Below are positions 61,940 through 64,000 of a stretch of 64,000 bases of DNA, in pieces. The position numbers were made by a program, and so were the translations under genes. Origin of the DNA: Candidatus Spyradenecus sp. (GTDB lineage: Bacteria; Verrucomicrobiota; Verrucomicrobiia; Opitutales; UBA953); assembly GCA_045535075.1 (NCBI GenBank), contig JAZSKX010000013.1, forward strand, positions 1 to 64,000. Direction: 5' to 3'. The notes beneath the pieces are model-generated. The model ran no database searches. It was not told the origin of the DNA and saw only the letters and a list, made by a program, of their open reading frames with translations. Within the stretch, counting starts at the first letter, position 1. Each line of letters opens with the position of its first letter.

Positions 61940-62035
61940 AGTGAAAAACTCCGATTAGCGTTCGTTCCCGCCGGAAATCCGAACGGGAACGCGTGAAGCT
62001 TTCTTTAGTCTCTAATCTTTAATCCCGGGCACTTT

Positions 62036-62593
62036 TTAGACTTTTTTCAAGTCGGCTTCTTTCGCCTTGAACGCCGCGTCAATAACGGCAATCCATTTGT
62101 CCGTAAGCGCCTGAATGTCTTTTTCCGTACGCTTGCAATCGTCTTCCGAAGCTGCTTTGTCTTTGTTGATTTTTTTGACGAGTTCAAGACCATCGCGGCG
62201 CGCCGTGCGAACGCGGACGCGGCCTTCTTCGGCGTAGCGATTGGCGACTTTTACGAGTTCGTTGCGGCGTTCACCCGTCAATTCCGGAACCGGGCAGCGG
62301 ACAATCGTTCCCTGAACGGACGGCGTAAGCCCGATATTGGCGCCGAGAATCGCTTTTTCAATGGCCTTGAGCAAGCCTTTATCGAAAGGAGTAATGACAA
62401 TTGAACGCGCATCCGGCGTGGAAACCGTCGCGCAGTTTTTCAGCGGCATCATGCTTCCGTAAGCTTCTACCTGAACGCCTTCAACCATAGACGGTTGGGC
62501 TTTTCCCGTATTGATTGTGGAAAATTCGTGTTCGGTGTGAGCGACGGCTTTTTGCATCGCTTCGTTGGTGGCATCTGTGATTTGTTTCAGCAT
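62036..62593 (-). CDS. frr: ribosome recycling factor
   Basis: INTGKAQP, VEAYG, PELTGERR; follows pyrH. Confidence 0.96.
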   Translation of the reverse strand: MLKQITDATNEAMQKAVAHTEHEFSTINTGKAQPSMVEGVQVEAYGSMMPLKNCATVSTPDARSIVITPFDKGLLKAIEKAILGANIGLTPSVQGTIVRCPVPELTGERRNELVKVANRYAEEGRVRVRTARRDGLELVKKINKDKAASEDDCKRTEKDIQALTDKWIAVIDAAFKAKEADLKKV

Positions 62594-62636
62594 ATTTTTA
62601 AGTATTGAAATTAAAATTACAAATTCGCGGGAACGC

Positions 62637-63383
62637 TCAGCTTACAAGCGTACCGATTTCTTTATCTCCGAGAATCGCGCGTTCAATTGAGCCTTTTTCG
62701 TTCATCGAGAAAACAAGAATCGGCATTTTGTTTTCCTGACAAAGCGCAAATGCGGTTGCATCCATGACTCCCAAATGCTTCATGAGGGCTTCTTCGTAGG
62801 AGAGTTTGGCGTAGCGCGTCGCTTTCGGATCTTTCATCGGATCGGCAGTATAAATGCCGTCAACCTTTGTTGCCTTAAAGATGATGTCGGCATGCACTTC
62901 ATTTGCCCGCAAGGCTGCAGCATAGTCCGTCGTACAGAAGGGATTTCCCGTTCCCGCCGCGAAAATAACGACGCGGCCCTTTTCCAAGTGACGGATTGCT
63001 TTGCGGAGAATGAACGGCTCGGCAACTTTGTCCATCGGAATCGCAGTTTGTACGCGAACTTCGATTCCGTTTTTTTCGAGGCAATCCATGATGGCAAGCG
63101 CGTTAATCGTCGTCGCGAGCATGCCCATATTGTCGCCCGTCGTCCGGTCAGTTCCGTTGTTTTTCGCTCCCGCAAGACCGCGGAAAATATTTCCGCCGCC
63201 GACGACGAGGCAAACCTGCACGCCGAGAGCGTGGAGCTTTTTCATTTGCTCGGCGAGATTTTTAAGGATTTTCGGATCGAACGGATCGCCCGTTTCGTAA
63301 TTTTTTAGGGCTTCTCCGGAAATTTTCAGGACAATGCGTTTATACTTCGGAAGTGCTTTTTTAGAAGGAGTTTTGCGTGGCAT
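62637..63383 (-). CDS. pyrH: uridylate kinase
   Basis: LKISGEAL, GGGNIFRG, GMLATTIN, GTGNPFCTTD, VMDATA. Confidence 0.97.
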   Translation of the reverse strand: MPRKTPSKKALPKYKRIVLKISGEALKNYETGDPFDPKILKNLAEQMKKLHALGVQVCLVVGGGNIFRGLAGAKNNGTDRTTGDNMGMLATTINALAIMDCLEKNGIEVRVQTAIPMDKVAEPFILRKAIRHLEKGRVVIFAAGTGNPFCTTDYAAALRANEVHADIIFKATKVDGIYTADPMKDPKATRYAKLSYEEALMKHLGVMDATAFALCQENKMPILVFSMNEKGSIERAILGDKEIGTLVS

Positions 63384-63395
63384 GGTTTTTATTGT

Positions 63396-64000
63396 CTAAA
63401 GTTTTCGGACGGGGTCAACAGCGTTCCCGTCGGAATCGTCACTCGCCGCCGGGTTCTCATCGTCCTCATAGGTGTCGGGAGCATCATAATAATCGTCGCC
63501 TGCGTTTTTTCGCTCTTCCTCGTCTTCGTCGTTGCGGTGCGCCTCGCGAATGGCTTTTAGAAGGCGTTTGAATCGATCTTGAGTTTCCGCGACGGACTGT
63601 GAGTGTAAGTTGTAACGAATTACAAGCATGCGGCAAACGACGGTCGCGACAACGACGATGAGCGCGGCCGCCGTCGGCGGGATTGTTTTATAAAGGACAA
63701 CAAAGAGCGCGCTGGCGAGTACGGCGATTCCCGTGTAAAACTGTCCGGGCTTGAAAACCATCGGCTCGTCCCGCGCCGCGATATCGCGCAAGAGCCCGCC
63801 GCCGACGGCGTTGATCATTCCGATTCCGATAGCGACGGGAACGCCGAGGTCGTAAGCAAGCGCTTTGTTGGTGCCGAAAACAGCGTAGAGCCCGAGCCCG
63901 GCAGCATCGCAAAGAATAATAAAATTATCAAAGCGCATGAAAAATTCGCCGAAATACATGCCGAAGAGCCACGCCGCCGTGAGAGATATGATATAACCGT
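63396..64000 (-). CDS. trimeric intracellular cation channel (TRIC/UPF0126) family protein, 5'-truncated by window edge
   Basis: DAAGLGLYAVFG, GMINAVGGGLLRD; frame open to window end. Confidence 0.85.
   Translation of the reverse strand, partial: GYIISLTAAWLFGMYFGEFFMRFDNFIILCDAAGLGLYAVFGTNKALAYDLGVPVAIGIGMINAVGGGLLRDIAARDEPMVFKPGQFYTGIAVLASALFVVLYKTIPPTAAALIVVVATVVCRMLVIRYNLHSQSVAETQDRFKRLLKAIREAHRNDEDEEERKNAGDDYYDAPDTYEDDENPAASDDSDGNAVDPVRKL

Noticed and set aside
184..63850. CGGGAAC as a Chi or KOPS site
   Set aside because: Both orientations occur at similar frequency within 10 kb and in inverted pairs; Chi/KOPS are strand-polarised. Not fully excluded without the whole genome.
1..64000. 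CRISPR array, tRNA, rRNA, integrase or transposase
   Set aside because: None recognised by eye; the repeats seen are short, dispersed and lack regular spacers.

Overview
Mostly core chromosome of a GC-rich Gram-negative bacterium. Gene content (LpxC-FabZ fusion, long Lys/Ala/Pro-tailed RpoD, GTP-PEPCK, methylmalonyl-CoA mutase cluster, OleA-like thiolase) suggests an anaerobic, probably host-associated Verrucomicrobiota member; this is inference, no search was run. About 40 CDS, a TPP riboswitch, SRP RNA and several terminators are recognisable. Two things stand out. (1) A defence island (~15.6-24.0 kb) holds an MmeI-type IIL R-M enzyme, a 937-aa protein fusing a DRT4/UG-Abi-like reverse transcriptase to a C-terminal family-A-polymerase-like domain, a GIY-YIG protein and an HTH-Panacea/RelE toxin-antitoxin pair. 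(2) A non-palindromic motif (G)CGGGAAC(G) is strongly over-represented on both strands, inside genes and as inverted pairs forming terminators, and is absent from the AT-rich RT gene. This is how DNA uptake sequences behave, and I know of none described for this lineage. All product calls come from motif recognition by eye.
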